Assembly: GCA_963664225.1 (NCBI GenBank)
Contig: OY760937.1
Coordinates: forward strand, 1,760,001 to 1,824,000
Reading direction: 5' to 3'
Length of the DNA stretch: 64,000 bases
DNA from: Verrucomicrobiia bacterium
GTDB taxonomy: Bacteria; Verrucomicrobiota; Verrucomicrobiia; Limisphaerales; UBA1319
Shown: positions 1 to 9,038 of the stretch, piece by piece
Layout: each line of letters begins with the position of its first letter
Numbering within the stretch: position 1 is the stretch's first letter
Notes under the pieces: generated by a model
Database searches by the model: none
What the model saw: only the letters and a program-made list of their open reading frames with translations
Told to the model about the DNA's origin: nothing
Translations under genes and position numbers: made by a program

Positions 1-2
1 TG

Positions 3-110
3 GCGATGACGGACGCCATCGAGGAGGAATACCGGCTGCCCATCACCCCGATGAGCGCCAAAAACCGCGAGATCCTCAGGGCCACCCTCAAGGCTTGCGA
101 TATTCTGTAA
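3..110 (+). CDS. dapA: 3' end of dihydrodipicolinate synthase (partial, runs off window)
   Basis: Frame from nt 3 reads AMTDAIEEEYRLPITPMSAKNREILRATLKACDIL*. RLP-x-x-PM is typical of the DapA C-terminus, and it lies directly upstream of dapB. Confidence 0.75.
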   Translation, partial: AMTDAIEEEYRLPITPMSAKNREILRATLKACDIL

Positions 111-130
111 ACGAACCGGGTCGTGGAATT

Positions 131-865
131 ATGACAAAACTCATCATTGCCGGATGCAAGGGCCGCATGGGCCACGCGTTATTGGATTGCGCGTCGCGTC
201 TGCCCAAGCTCGAAGTCACAGGCCGCGTCGATCTGGGCGACGACGTCCGTCCGCTCATTTCCGACTGCGACGTCATCATCGACTTCACTTTCCATACGGC
301 CACCCCTGACTTTGCGAAGCTCTGCGCGCAACATGGCAAGGCGCTGGTCATTGGCACCACCGGCCACACGCCGGAGGAGAAGGCCGCGATCCAACTCGCC
401 GCCACAAACATTCCCATCGTCTGGAGCTCGAATTATTCCACCGGCGTGAACACCCTGTTCTGGCTCACGCGCAAGGCCGCTGAAATTTTGGGCACCGGTT
501 ATGACCTTGAGATTGTCGAAATGCACCACCGCCACAAAAAGGATGCCCCGAGCGGCACCGCGGAAACATTGGCGCGCATTCTGGCTGGGGTCCGCAATGA
601 GCAACTGGAAAAAGTCATCCGCCATGGTCGCCAGGGCATCACGGGCGAGCGCACCAATGAGGAGATCGGGATGCACTCGCTCCGCGGCGGCGATGTCGTG
701 GGAGATCACACCGTCATTTTTGCGGGAACGGGCGAACGCCTGGAACTGACCCACAAGGCCTCCAGCCGCGACACCCTGGCCAATGGCGCGTTGCGCGCCG
801 CCCAGTGGGTCGTGGGCCAAAAGGCCGGCATCTACGACATGCAGAACGTGCTGGGGCTCCAGTAA
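131..865 (+). CDS. dapB: 4-hydroxy-tetrahydrodipicolinate reductase
   Basis: GCKGRMG, IDFT, VIGTTG and EMHHRHKKDAPSGTA motifs; ATG at 131. Confidence 0.97.
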   Translation: MTKLIIAGCKGRMGHALLDCASRLPKLEVTGRVDLGDDVRPLISDCDVIIDFTFHTATPDFAKLCAQHGKALVIGTTGHTPEEKAAIQLAATNIPIVWSSNYSTGVNTLFWLTRKAAEILGTGYDLEIVEMHHRHKKDAPSGTAETLARILAGVRNEQLEKVIRHGRQGITGERTNEEIGMHSLRGGDVVGDHTVIFAGTGERLELTHKASSRDTLANGALRAAQWVVGQKAGIYDMQNVLGLQ

Positions 866-883
866 AGGCGCTGGAGCGAGTCC

Positions 884-1417
884 ATGCACCCCGATTCGCA
901 CATCCAATGGGATTGGAACCGCGCTGCGTTCATTGCCCTGGGATCGAACGTCGGCGATCGCCCGCGCATTGTCCGGGAGGCGATGAAACAAGTGGCTGCG
1001 CTTTCCAGCGGTCCGGTCAAGTTTTCCTCCCTCTGGATCACCACCCCGGTGGATTGCCCGCCCGGTTCCCCCGCGTTCTTGAATGCTGCGGTGGGGATCA
1101 CGCCAGCCACCGGTCTGGAACCTGAAGAACTCTTGCGCCAGTTGCTCCACCTCGAAAAAGAATGGGGGCGCCAGCCCAAAATCGTCCTCAACGAACCCCG
1201 CCCGCTGGATCTGGACCTCATCGCATTCGGCACATGCGTCCGCCACACGGCGCAATTGACCCTGCCCCATCCGCGTGCCCATCTGCGGCGGTTTGTGCTC
1301 CAACCGCTCAGCGAGATTGCGCCGAATCTTGTTTTGCCGGGGCAAACAAGGACGGTGGTGGAGTTGTTGGGCGAGTTGCCCGTTGATGCGGCCCTGCGGA
1401 AATACTCGGAAGCGTAA
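884..1417 (+). CDS. folK: 2-amino-4-hydroxy-6-hydroxymethyldihydropteridine diphosphokinase
   Basis: IALGSNVG, FLNAA, PRPLDLDLI and LPHPRAHLRRFVLQPL motifs. Confidence 0.95.
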   Translation: MHPDSHIQWDWNRAAFIALGSNVGDRPRIVREAMKQVAALSSGPVKFSSLWITTPVDCPPGSPAFLNAAVGITPATGLEPEELLRQLLHLEKEWGRQPKIVLNEPRPLDLDLIAFGTCVRHTAQLTLPHPRAHLRRFVLQPLSEIAPNLVLPGQTRTVVELLGELPVDAALRKYSEA

Positions 1418-1476
1418 AGAGCTGCGACGGGTGCGAGACAGGAATTGTCCGGAAGGAAGGAAGTTTTCTAAACGGA

Positions 1477-1501
1477 CCCCGCTCGTGCCTCGCTGGGCGA
1501 G
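1477..1501. repeat. REP-like palindromic repeat (second copy at 9155-9179)
   Basis: CCCCGCTCGTGCCTCGCTGGGCGAG versus CCCCGCTCGTGCCTCGCAGGGCGAG; 24/25 identical, both intergenic. Confidence 0.7.
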
Positions 1502-1743
1502 GAATAAGATTGGCGCGATTAGCGTGTTCGGGGCGCAGGGGTGGTAGTGGACGCGGCGGCGGGTTCCAGCGCCTGCGGATTGGAAATCCGCGATACGGTT
1601 GGAAACCTGCGCTACGGGTCGGCCCGGATCGGTGCGCAGAAGAGTGGCGCGATAAGCGTGTTCGGGGCGCAGGGGTGGTAGTGGAAGCGGTGGCGGGTTC
1701 CAGCGCCTGCGGATTGGAAATCCGCGATACGGCAGCAACGGTG

Positions 1744-2706
1744 TCATGGAGCAACACAGAATCTGGGATCTTTTAGGGCATGATTCATCAATACGATGAG
1801 TTTCCGCATCACTGCTGTCAGCGCCACTTTGGGCTTCTTGCCCGCCGCCCGCAGCCTCTTATAAAAGGCCTTGAGGATGGAATTGCAGCGCACCGCTGCC
1901 ACGGAGGCCATGTAGAGGGCGCGGCGCACCCCGGTCCGGCCGCCACCAATGTGACGCTGGCCTTCCCAAGGGCCGCTCTGGCGCACCCACGGGGCCAGCC
2001 CCGCCAGGGCTGCCGCCTGGCCCCGGTTGAGGGTTCCCAGTTCGGGCATCTGCGCCACTACCGTCACGGCCGTCAGCATCCCCACGCCGGGAATTTCCGC
2101 CAGGCGGGTGACTTGTTTTTGCTCGACGGCGTGGCGGGCCAGGGCGGCGGTTAATTCGGCCAGCACTGCGGCCAAACGGCTTTCCAGATGCCGTATCAGC
2201 TTGGCGTGTTCGGTGCGGACGAAGGGTGAGTCGTGGTGTTCGGCCTGATTTTTGGCGATGGTCAGGAGATCTTTGAGTTGTTCGCGCCAGGTCACCAGGG
2301 CGGTGAGCTCAGTGTGGGCTGGCGTCGGGGCGGTGGTGGCAGCGGGCTCCAGGGCCTTGCCGAAGGCGCTCAGGCTGGCAGCATCGATCGGATCGCTCTT
2401 GGCCCGCTGGCCGGTGGCGCGGGCGAAGGCACGGGTCTGGGCCGGGTTGACCACGCTGACGGGTAAACCGGCCGTGTGAAGTGCCGCCACGACGGCACGC
2501 TCATAGCCGCCAGTGGCTTCGAGGATCACGTGGGCACCGGGCACAGCACCCAGACATTGGACCAGTTGTGTGTGCCCCGCCGCATCGTTGGTCACGTCCA
2601 GGAGCCGTCCGGGAAGGTGAAGTTGGAGAGTGGCCTTGGCGACGTCCAGACCGACATGGACAGGGGCGGATTTTTCAGTCATAATATTAAAGTTGTTCGG
2701 ACTCAT
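1744..2706 (-). CDS. IS110 transposase (DEDD RuvC-like + Tnp20 domain)
   Basis: GLDVAK, LEATGGYE, KSDPIDA, IPGVG, GLAP..RQSG and VRRALYM motifs. Start placed at ATG 2706 by analogy with copy B. Confidence 0.95.
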   Translation of the reverse strand: MSPNNFNIMTEKSAPVHVGLDVAKATLQLHLPGRLLDVTNDAAGHTQLVQCLGAVPGAHVILEATGGYERAVVAALHTAGLPVSVVNPAQTRAFARATGQRAKSDPIDAASLSAFGKALEPAATTAPTPAHTELTALVTWREQLKDLLTIAKNQAEHHDSPFVRTEHAKLIRHLESRLAAVLAELTAALARHAVEQKQVTRLAEIPGVGMLTAVTVVAQMPELGTLNRGQAAALAGLAPWVRQSGPWEGQRHIGGGRTGVRRALYMASVAAVRCNSILKAFYKRLRAAGKKPKVALTAVMRKLIVLMNHALKDPRFCVAP

Positions 2707-2875
2707 TCTTGCAAATACGAGCTGGCGTTGTAACACGCCGCTCTGGTAACGGTTCGAGTTTCGGACAAAGGCGAGCGCGATTCATGCTGCCGTACGGTCT
2801 GGCTTTCACCAGACCAAGATTGGAACGAACACGCGTCCGCCGTCCCTTCCCCGCCTGCAGGCGGGGAAGGGACAC
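2707..2875 (-). ncRNA. Predicted bridge RNA of IS110 copy A
   Basis: 5' hairpin at 2842-2873. Target loop: LTG 2817-2825 and RTG 2787-2794 around the stem GGTCTGG/CCAGACC. Donor loop: LDG 2745-2753 and RDG 2708-2713. Transcript ends approximate. Confidence 0.82.
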
Positions 2876-3119
2876 CACTTCTTTCTTGTTCAACGCGAAC
2901 CAACAAACAAGTGGCAAATTCAAACATACAAGGTTGGAAACCTGCGCTACGGGTCGGCCCGGATCGGTGCGCAGAAGAGTGGCGCGATTAGCGTGTTCGG
3001 GGCGCAGGGGTGGTAGTGGAAGCGGTGGCGGGTTCCAGCGCCTGCGGATTGGAAATCCGCGATACGGGTCGGCAGAAGCCTGATCTTGCAAATGGGCCAT
3101 GATCACCTAGCTTTGGGGG

Positions 3120-3797
3120 ATGGATTTGCCTTGCCAGGTACCGATCATGACACTGCCGGACGCGACCCTCTTTCCAGGGTCGCTTCTGCCGTTGCACATT
3201 TTCGAGCCCCGTTACCGGCGCATGCTCAAGGATGCCCTGGAAACGAGCCGGGTGTTCGCCATTGCCATGCGCAAACCCGGAAGCAAACAGGAAATTCCCC
3301 TTCAGGTGGCCGGTTTGGGCATGATCCGCGTGGCGTTGAAACGGCCGGACGGCACGTCCCATGTCATTTTGCAGGGCCTCTCTCGGGTGGCGCTCATGGG
3401 CGCGGTGCGGCGCAGGCCCTACCGGATTGAATCCGCCATGCCTCTGCTGGCCAAACGGGATACCTTCCCGGATGCGCCCGCATTGACCCGCCAGTTGCGA
3501 AACCTGGTCACCGCGCGTCTGGAACAGGATGAGCCCATGACCAAATACGAACTGCTCAAGCAACTGCCTCCGGAGGCGGTGCCGCACTTCGATGCCATGG
3601 CCGCCTCTTCGCTCAAGCATTTCGTGGAACTCCTGGGCGAGGTCAAGGATCCGGGCCAGGTGGCCGATCTGGTCGGTTGCACCCTGCTGCGCAAAGCCAG
3701 CGAGCGCCAGATCATCCTGGAGACCGTGGAAATCGAGCCCCGCCTGCGCATGGTCATCCGATTTCTGAAGGAGGAAATTCATAGCGAAGGTTTATGA
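3120..3797 (+). CDS. LON peptidase substrate-binding domain protein
   Basis: LFPGSLLPLHIFEPRYRRM signature; no ATPase or protease domain. Confidence 0.88.
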   Translation: MDLPCQVPIMTLPDATLFPGSLLPLHIFEPRYRRMLKDALETSRVFAIAMRKPGSKQEIPLQVAGLGMIRVALKRPDGTSHVILQGLSRVALMGAVRRRPYRIESAMPLLAKRDTFPDAPALTRQLRNLVTARLEQDEPMTKYELLKQLPPEAVPHFDAMAASSLKHFVELLGEVKDPGQVADLVGCTLLRKASERQIILETVEIEPRLRMVIRFLKEEIHSEGL

Positions 3798-3868
3798 AGG
3801 CCACAAAGCATTGATTTGGAGTCCACCGAGTCCAGTTTGAATCACGAACCAAAACACAGAGTCAAACC

Positions 3869-4300
3869 ATGAACCCACCTTCAGAAAGGGACTTGAACCC
3901 CGTCAACACCGGCCTCGCCGAGTATCACGCGGCGTTGTTTGCCAACCTGGTTGTTCAACAGGCCAGCCTGGCCATGATGTTCCTGGGCCAGATCGCCAAT
4001 CCCGAGACCGGCCAGCCCATGCTCGATCTGGAGGGCGCCCGGCTCATCATCGACCAGTTGGAAATGATCCAGGCCAAGACCAGGGGTAATTTGTCCCCCA
4101 ATGAAGAGGAAATGCTCAAGGAAAGCCTGACCAACCTGCACCTGGCTTTTGTGCAGCAGGCCAATGCGACCCCTTCCGCCGAATCCGCCACAGCAGCGGC
4201 CACCAAACTCCCGGCCTCTGCTGAAGCTCCCAATTCTTCCGCAGGCGCCGAAGAAGCCGAATCCAAAAAGAAGTTCACCAAGAAATACGGCCAGGAATAG
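3869..4300 (+). CDS. DUF1844 domain protein
   Basis: LGQIANP..DLEGARLIIDQLEMIQAKTRGNLSPNEE pattern. Confidence 0.8.
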   Translation: MNPPSERDLNPVNTGLAEYHAALFANLVVQQASLAMMFLGQIANPETGQPMLDLEGARLIIDQLEMIQAKTRGNLSPNEEEMLKESLTNLHLAFVQQANATPSAESATAAATKLPASAEAPNSSAGAEEAESKKKFTKKYGQE

Positions 4301-4411
4301 GCTGGGAAGGCCGGAGAAGATCGGTGGTTTCGTGGTTCTTATCGCCATGCGGACACGGTATTTCGCACAAACCTCTTGTGTAACGGCCCGTCATGGTTTT
4401 GATTGGCGGGA

Positions 4412-6394
4412 ATGAATCGCGTCCGCCTGTTACCAGAGCAAGTCGCCAACCAGATCGCCGCCGGTGAAGTCGTCGAACGACCCGCCAGCGTCGTGAAGGA
4501 ATTGGTGGAAAACGCGCTGGACGCCGGTTCGAGCCGCATCACCGTTGAAATTCAAGCCGGGGGTCGCGCCATGATCCGTGTCACCGACGACGGCATCGGC
4601 ATGAGCCGCGATGACGCCCTGATGTCCCTGGAGCGTCACGCCACGAGCAAAATCAAGACCGCCGAGGATCTCCACGCCATCACGACCATGGGATTCCGCG
4701 GGGAGGCTCTCCCCAGCCTTGCGAGCGTCAGCCGCATGACCCTGACCACGCGGGAACGCGACGGCGCGTCCGCCGAGGGGGCGCAGATCGTCATTCACGG
4801 TGGAAAAATTCTGGAGGTCAAATCCGCTGGAGCGCCCACGGGCACCTGCATCGAGGCCCGCCAACTCTTTTACAACCTGCCCGCGCGCCGCAAATTCCTG
4901 CGCACCGAGGAAACCGAACGCGCCCACATCCAGCACTACCTGATCCTTGCCGCACTGGCCAATCCCGGGGTCGCCTTCACGTTCCTCCAGGAGGGACGCA
5001 CCGTCTGGCAACTGCCCGGCATCCCGTCAGCGCCTGACGCGGGCCATCCCTTTGCAGCCTTGCTCGACCGCTTGCGCGCGCTCTACGGCACAAACGAACG
5101 ATTCATCCGGGTGGACCATGAGGCGTTGCTGCCCGTGCCGCCCACTTATCAAAATGAGCCTCCCGAAGAACCTCGGCGATTGATCGTGTGGGGCTTTGCG
5201 GGGGAACCGGGCGTCTCACGCTCGACCCGCGAGAACCAGCATTTATTCGTCAATCGCCGCCCTGTCGATAATCGCGGCCTGAATTTCGCGCTGCTCGAAG
5301 GCTACCACAACGCCTTGATGAAAGGGCGCTACCCGGTCTGCTGCCTGTTTCTGGAAATCGATCCGATGGAGGTGGACGTGAACATCCATCCCTCCAAACG
5401 CGAGGTGAAATTCCGTCGGGAACAAGCCGTTCGACAGATCGTGGGCCAGGCCGTCCGCCACGCGCTCCTGGAGCATCATGCCGCGGGACAGGCCGCGTCC
5501 GCAGCGCAAGCCACCGCGTCAAGCCCGGCATCGCAATCGGCATTGGCACCTGCGCACACACAACCGCCTGAAATCCCGCATACTGCGGTCGATCTCCCCA
5601 TTTTTCATGCGCCTCCTCAGCACGCGCCAACACCCACGCCAAATTTCCCAGCGGTCCCAGGCGCGCCTGCAATCCCGATTTCTCCGATAGGTAAACCTTC
5701 AGCGCCCATCGCGCGTCAGGAACCCTTGCTGCCACAAACGGCGTTTCGCCCGCAGCCCCCTGGCGATCCCAAAGCCCCCGCTCCGTTCGATGCCGCCCCC
5801 GTGCCGCTCCTGGCCGTTCCCCTGCGCATGATCGGCGTGATCGGCCGTCTCTACGTGGTGCTGGAATCGGATCGCGGTTTGGTGCTGATGGACCAGCACG
5901 CCGCGCACGAACGGGTTCTCTACGAGCAGATGCTCGCGCGCGCCGACCAGGGCCAGGCCCCGTCCCAGCGATTGCTCCTGCCGGACACCATCGAACTCTC
6001 CGCGCGGGACGCCCAATTCCTGCGCGAGCAGCTTCCCCTGCTCAACCGCCTGGGGGTGGGATTGAGCGAATTTGGCGAACGCACATTTCTGCTGGACGCC
6101 CTGCCGCCCTACGCGCCTGCCGGCAACGCGCGCCAATTCGTGCTGGATATTCTGGATGAATTAAAAGCTGCGGGCCAGTCCGTGAATTCCTGGCGGCTGG
6201 GCGAAAACGTGGTGGCCAAAACCGTCTGCCGTCACGCCGTCAAGGCGCACGATCCCCTGGCCGCACCGGAGATTCTCACCCTGATCGAGGACTTGCGCCG
6301 CTGCACCATGCCCTACACCTGTCCGCACGGCAGACCCACGCTCATCGAGCTGGGCTTTCGCGAATTGGAGAGGCGATTCGGTCGCGTGCAGTGA
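4412..6394 (+). CDS. mutL: DNA mismatch repair endonuclease MutL
   Basis: NQIAAGEVVERPASVVKELVENALDAG, GFRGEAL, DQHAAHER and CPHGRP motifs. Confidence 0.98.
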   Translation: MNRVRLLPEQVANQIAAGEVVERPASVVKELVENALDAGSSRITVEIQAGGRAMIRVTDDGIGMSRDDALMSLERHATSKIKTAEDLHAITTMGFRGEALPSLASVSRMTLTTRERDGASAEGAQIVIHGGKILEVKSAGAPTGTCIEARQLFYNLPARRKFLRTEETERAHIQHYLILAALANPGVAFTFLQEGRTVWQLPGIPSAPDAGHPFAALLDRLRALYGTNERFIRVDHEALLPVPPTYQNEPPEEPRRLIVWGFAGEPGVSRSTRENQHLFVNRRPVDNRGLNFALLEGYHNALMKGRYPVCCLFLEIDPMEVDVNIHPSKREVKFRREQAVRQIVGQAVRHALLEHHAAGQAASAAQATASSPASQSALAPAHTQPPEIPHTAVDLPIFHAPPQHAPTPTPNFPAVPGAPAIPISPIGKPSAPIARQEPLLPQTAFRPQPPGDPKAPAPFDAAPVPLLAVPLRMIGVIGRLYVVLESDRGLVLMDQHAAHERVLYEQMLARADQGQAPSQRLLLPDTIELSARDAQFLREQLPLLNRLGVGLSEFGERTFLLDALPPYAPAGNARQFVLDILDELKAAGQSVNSWRLGENVVAKTVCRHAVKAHDPLAAPEILTLIEDLRRCTMPYTCPHGRPTLIELGFRELERRFGRVQ

Positions 6395-6442
6395 GACGGC
6401 GGCAGAGCCAAAGCAGAATGCGGATGCGGCGAAGCGGCTTCA

Positions 6443-7075
6443 TCAATCCACCTCCGAATGATGCCGCGCCACGGCTTCAACCCGGTTGCGCACCTGCATT
6501 TTCTGGCAAATGCTTTTCACGTAGGTGCGCACTGTTTCCACACCGATATTCAATTTATCGGCAATTTCCTTGTATATAAACCCTGTGGAAAGCAGGTCCA
6601 GCACCTGCAATTCGCGCGCCGACAGGTTCTGTTTTGGCTTGTTGGCGGGGCCGATCAGGTGGAAATGTTGCACCACTTTTCGCGCAATATGACTGGACAT
6701 CGGCGCTCCACCCGCATAGGCGTCGCGTATGGCATCGAGCAATTGATTCGGGGGGCTGGACTTGACCAGGTAACCGTTGGCTCCGGCCTTCAAGGCGCTG
6801 AAGATGCGCTCACTGTCCTCGTAAACCGTCACCATGATAATCTGGAGCGTGGGCACCAGCTTGGTCAGTTCCGCAACGCACTGGATGCCGGACATGCCCG
6901 GCAGCCGGATATCCATGAGCACGACGTTGGGTTTGAGCGTCGGAATGCCCTTCAAGGCCTCCTCACCGGACGCAAACACACCCACGCATCGGATATCCGG
7001 GGCGGTGCCCAGAACATCCACGAGCTGCTGCCTGAGTCCCGGATCATCCTCCACTATCGCCACTGTTTTGTTCAT
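6443..7075 (-). CDS. NarL/LuxR-family response regulator
   Basis: REC domain (VEDD, LMDIRLP, YLVK) plus LuxR HTH (LSARELQVL..EIADKLNI..ETVRTY). Confidence 0.93.
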   Translation of the reverse strand: MNKTVAIVEDDPGLRQQLVDVLGTAPDIRCVGVFASGEEALKGIPTLKPNVVLMDIRLPGMSGIQCVAELTKLVPTLQIIMVTVYEDSERIFSALKAGANGYLVKSSPPNQLLDAIRDAYAGGAPMSSHIARKVVQHFHLIGPANKPKQNLSARELQVLDLLSTGFIYKEIADKLNIGVETVRTYVKSICQKMQVRNRVEAVARHHSEVD

Positions 7076-7091
7076 AATGCGCGCCCTTCGA

Positions 7092-8786
7092 TTAAGTGTT
7101 TGCTTTTATTACAAGGCGCATCCGCACCGTTGTTCCCCGGCCAGCCTGGCTTTCAATGGAGCAGTCGCCGCCGATATCCGCCAGACGCCGTTTCATATTG
7201 GTAAGGCCGTTTCCGATCGTGTCGTCCGCCTGCTGAAAACCGCCGCCGTCATCCTGAATGGAGACTGATAGCAACTGCGCTTTAAAGTCAACGAGCAAGG
7301 TCACCTCCGACGCGTGGGCGTGCTTCATGACATTATGCACCGCCTCCTTGACCGCCATGATGATGTTGTGACGCGTCTGGCTGGAAACCTGGACATCGCG
7401 CGGCAGATCCAGCACATGGAGCCGGCAGCGAAGCTGGGCCTGCGTGCACAATTGATTCACCATCTGGCAGAGGTAATTTCCCAGGGCATCCAGATTGTCG
7501 TTCTCCGGATTCACCGCCCAAACCGTTTCGTAGAGCGCGGAGACCAATTCCCGCGACATGCTCGAAATACTGGCAAAGTCGGTGCGCGCCTTTTCGGGTA
7601 GCGTGGCGGTGTCTTGAGCCATGCCGCTTAACAGGGAAATCTGGGTCACACGCGCGCCCAGGTCGTCGTGAATATTCTGGGCGATGCGCAACCGTTCCTG
7701 TTCCAAAAGCCGCTGCTGCTGGAGCCGCAAAACCTCCCGCCGCATCCGATGCCACGTGTAATACCGGCCGGACGCCACCGAGGCCGCCATGATCAGGAGG
7801 GCGGACAGGCCCCAAAACCAGGGCATACTCCAAAATGGGAGCGGCACCCGCACCCGCAGCAAAGCCTCCGCCCCCGTGGGAATGCCCAGGGGAGTGGCCT
7901 CCGCAACACGAAAACTAAAATCGCCATGGGGCAGAGTCCCGTAAAAGGCGCTGTTCACGTCGCTGGCGCCGATCGTGAACAACTCGTTCCATTCCACCAG
8001 CAATTGTTCGCCCGCCACCACCTTTGGCGCGATATCGTTCAGGTTGCGCCACTCGGCGTGACTCAACCCGTCCTCATCCAAAATGGCAAAGGCCCGGGTC
8101 AAAGGATCCCGCCCAATCTCCACAATGATCGCCATGCTCGGACGGGTGCCATCCCGAATCCACCCCTGTGGCACCTGGTTGAGAGGCTCATTCTTCGAAT
8201 CCTGGTTGAAAGGCGAGCGTATCAATGCGACTGCGGGACGATTGCCGGACGAAATCCTGGAAACCACCAGATCGTCCACCACAAAAATGCCCACCGTGGA
8301 GGGCGGCCCCGCGGAGGAAATCACCGCCTGCAGTCGGGACGCACCCGGTGGAACGATCAGCGTCTCCCGCCGATGCGTCAGCGTGGCACTTTCCAGCGCG
8401 CCATTCCATCCCGCGCTGTCCCCGGTGGCCCTGAAAGTTTTCATGGCGATAAAATCCCCGGCATCGTCCAGAAACCGCAGCACCAGATTCATCTCGCCAC
8501 CACCCTCGTGCCAGGTCGTGTCGTATCCCTCCAATTTGTAGCGCAATCGGATGGGCGCGCGGCTCGCATTGGTGGCGTGACCAAAACCGAACGAAATGTT
8601 TTTTGGAAATGGCCTTAAAAGCAACGGCCCTCCGGCACGCCACGGCACCGGCTTGCCATCCACGACCGCCGAACGGATCTCCAGGAAATTCGTCGCCTGA
8701 TTGACGGGCCGGGCCGCCTCCGCACGGGAAGACCCCGCGAAGAATGCCAGAAGCATCAAAAGAACGGCTGCAATGCGCTTTACCAC
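7092..8786 (-). CDS. Sensor histidine kinase (HisKA_3) with periplasmic sensor and Y_Y_Y-type domain
   Basis: ERLRIAQNIHDDLG, EAVHNVMKHA, DDGGGF and GNGL motifs; signal-like segment KRIAAVLLMLLAF; one TM helix. The longer ORF start (9101) runs through intergenic repeats, so GTG 8786 is estimated. Confidence 0.88.
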   Translation of the reverse strand: MVKRIAAVLLMLLAFFAGSSRAEAARPVNQATNFLEIRSAVVDGKPVPWRAGGPLLLRPFPKNISFGFGHATNASRAPIRLRYKLEGYDTTWHEGGGEMNLVLRFLDDAGDFIAMKTFRATGDSAGWNGALESATLTHRRETLIVPPGASRLQAVISSAGPPSTVGIFVVDDLVVSRISSGNRPAVALIRSPFNQDSKNEPLNQVPQGWIRDGTRPSMAIIVEIGRDPLTRAFAILDEDGLSHAEWRNLNDIAPKVVAGEQLLVEWNELFTIGASDVNSAFYGTLPHGDFSFRVAEATPLGIPTGAEALLRVRVPLPFWSMPWFWGLSALLIMAASVASGRYYTWHRMRREVLRLQQQRLLEQERLRIAQNIHDDLGARVTQISLLSGMAQDTATLPEKARTDFASISSMSRELVSALYETVWAVNPENDNLDALGNYLCQMVNQLCTQAQLRCRLHVLDLPRDVQVSSQTRHNIIMAVKEAVHNVMKHAHASEVTLLVDFKAQLLSVSIQDDGGGFQQADDTIGNGLTNMKRRLADIGGDCSIESQAGRGTTVRMRLVIKANT

Positions 8787-8856
8787 AAAGGAGTGTTTAC
8801 CGGTGGCATCGAAAATTGGCAAGCCTGCCGGGCCGTTGCGGAGGGCGCAGGAGTTA

Positions 8857-9038
8857 TTAACATGGATAGTCAGGATGCACAGGATGGGGGGATTTTTAAC
8901 CACGGATTGGACGGATGACACGGATGGGGAGATAAGCGGGGGCGATCCACAGATGGCAGAAGAACACAGATTTGGACCAGGAGGATAAGATTTAACCGGA
9001 TAGCTTTTAACCGCTAATTGACGGCAATAGGCGCTAAT
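8857..9038 (+). repeat. Cluster of 9-10 nt period triple-motif repeats
   Basis: GGAT at 8864/8873/8882; CGGAT at 8903/8912/8921; CACAGAT-type at 8948-8971; GCTAAT/GGCAAT/GCTAAT at 9013/9023/9033. Three of the four are preceded by TTAAC. Confidence 0.7.

Larger units (their letters stand above)
1736..2932 (-). mobile_element. IS110-family (IS621-like) insertion sequence, copy A
   Basis: Removing 1736-2932 restores the hairpin GATACGGCAG|GTTGGAAACCTGC. The AG core (CT on minus strand) is at both ends (1734-1735 and 2931-2932). No terminal inverted repeats; long non-coding left end. Confidence 0.93.
1511..3073. repeat. Tandem array of three 134-138 bp REP-containing units, middle unit interrupted by IS110
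   Basis: Units start TGGCGCGAT(T/A)AGCGTGTTCGGGGCGCAGGGG at 1511, 1645 and 2980. They contain hairpins GCGGATTGGAAATCCGC and (GCA)GGTTGGAAACCTGC followed by GCTAC. Unit 2 = 1645-1735 + 2933-2979; unit 3 is truncated. Confidence 0.92.

Noticed and set aside
179..1747. 522-aa minus-strand ORF, and similar long antisense ORFs (13644-15380, 34000-35160, 41631-42881, 47247-48485)
   Set aside because: Shadow frames of well-supported genes in GC-rich DNA, with no recognisable motifs.
1511..3073. CRISPR array
   Set aside because: Units are ~135 bp near-identical tandem copies with no unique spacers, and there are no cas genes.
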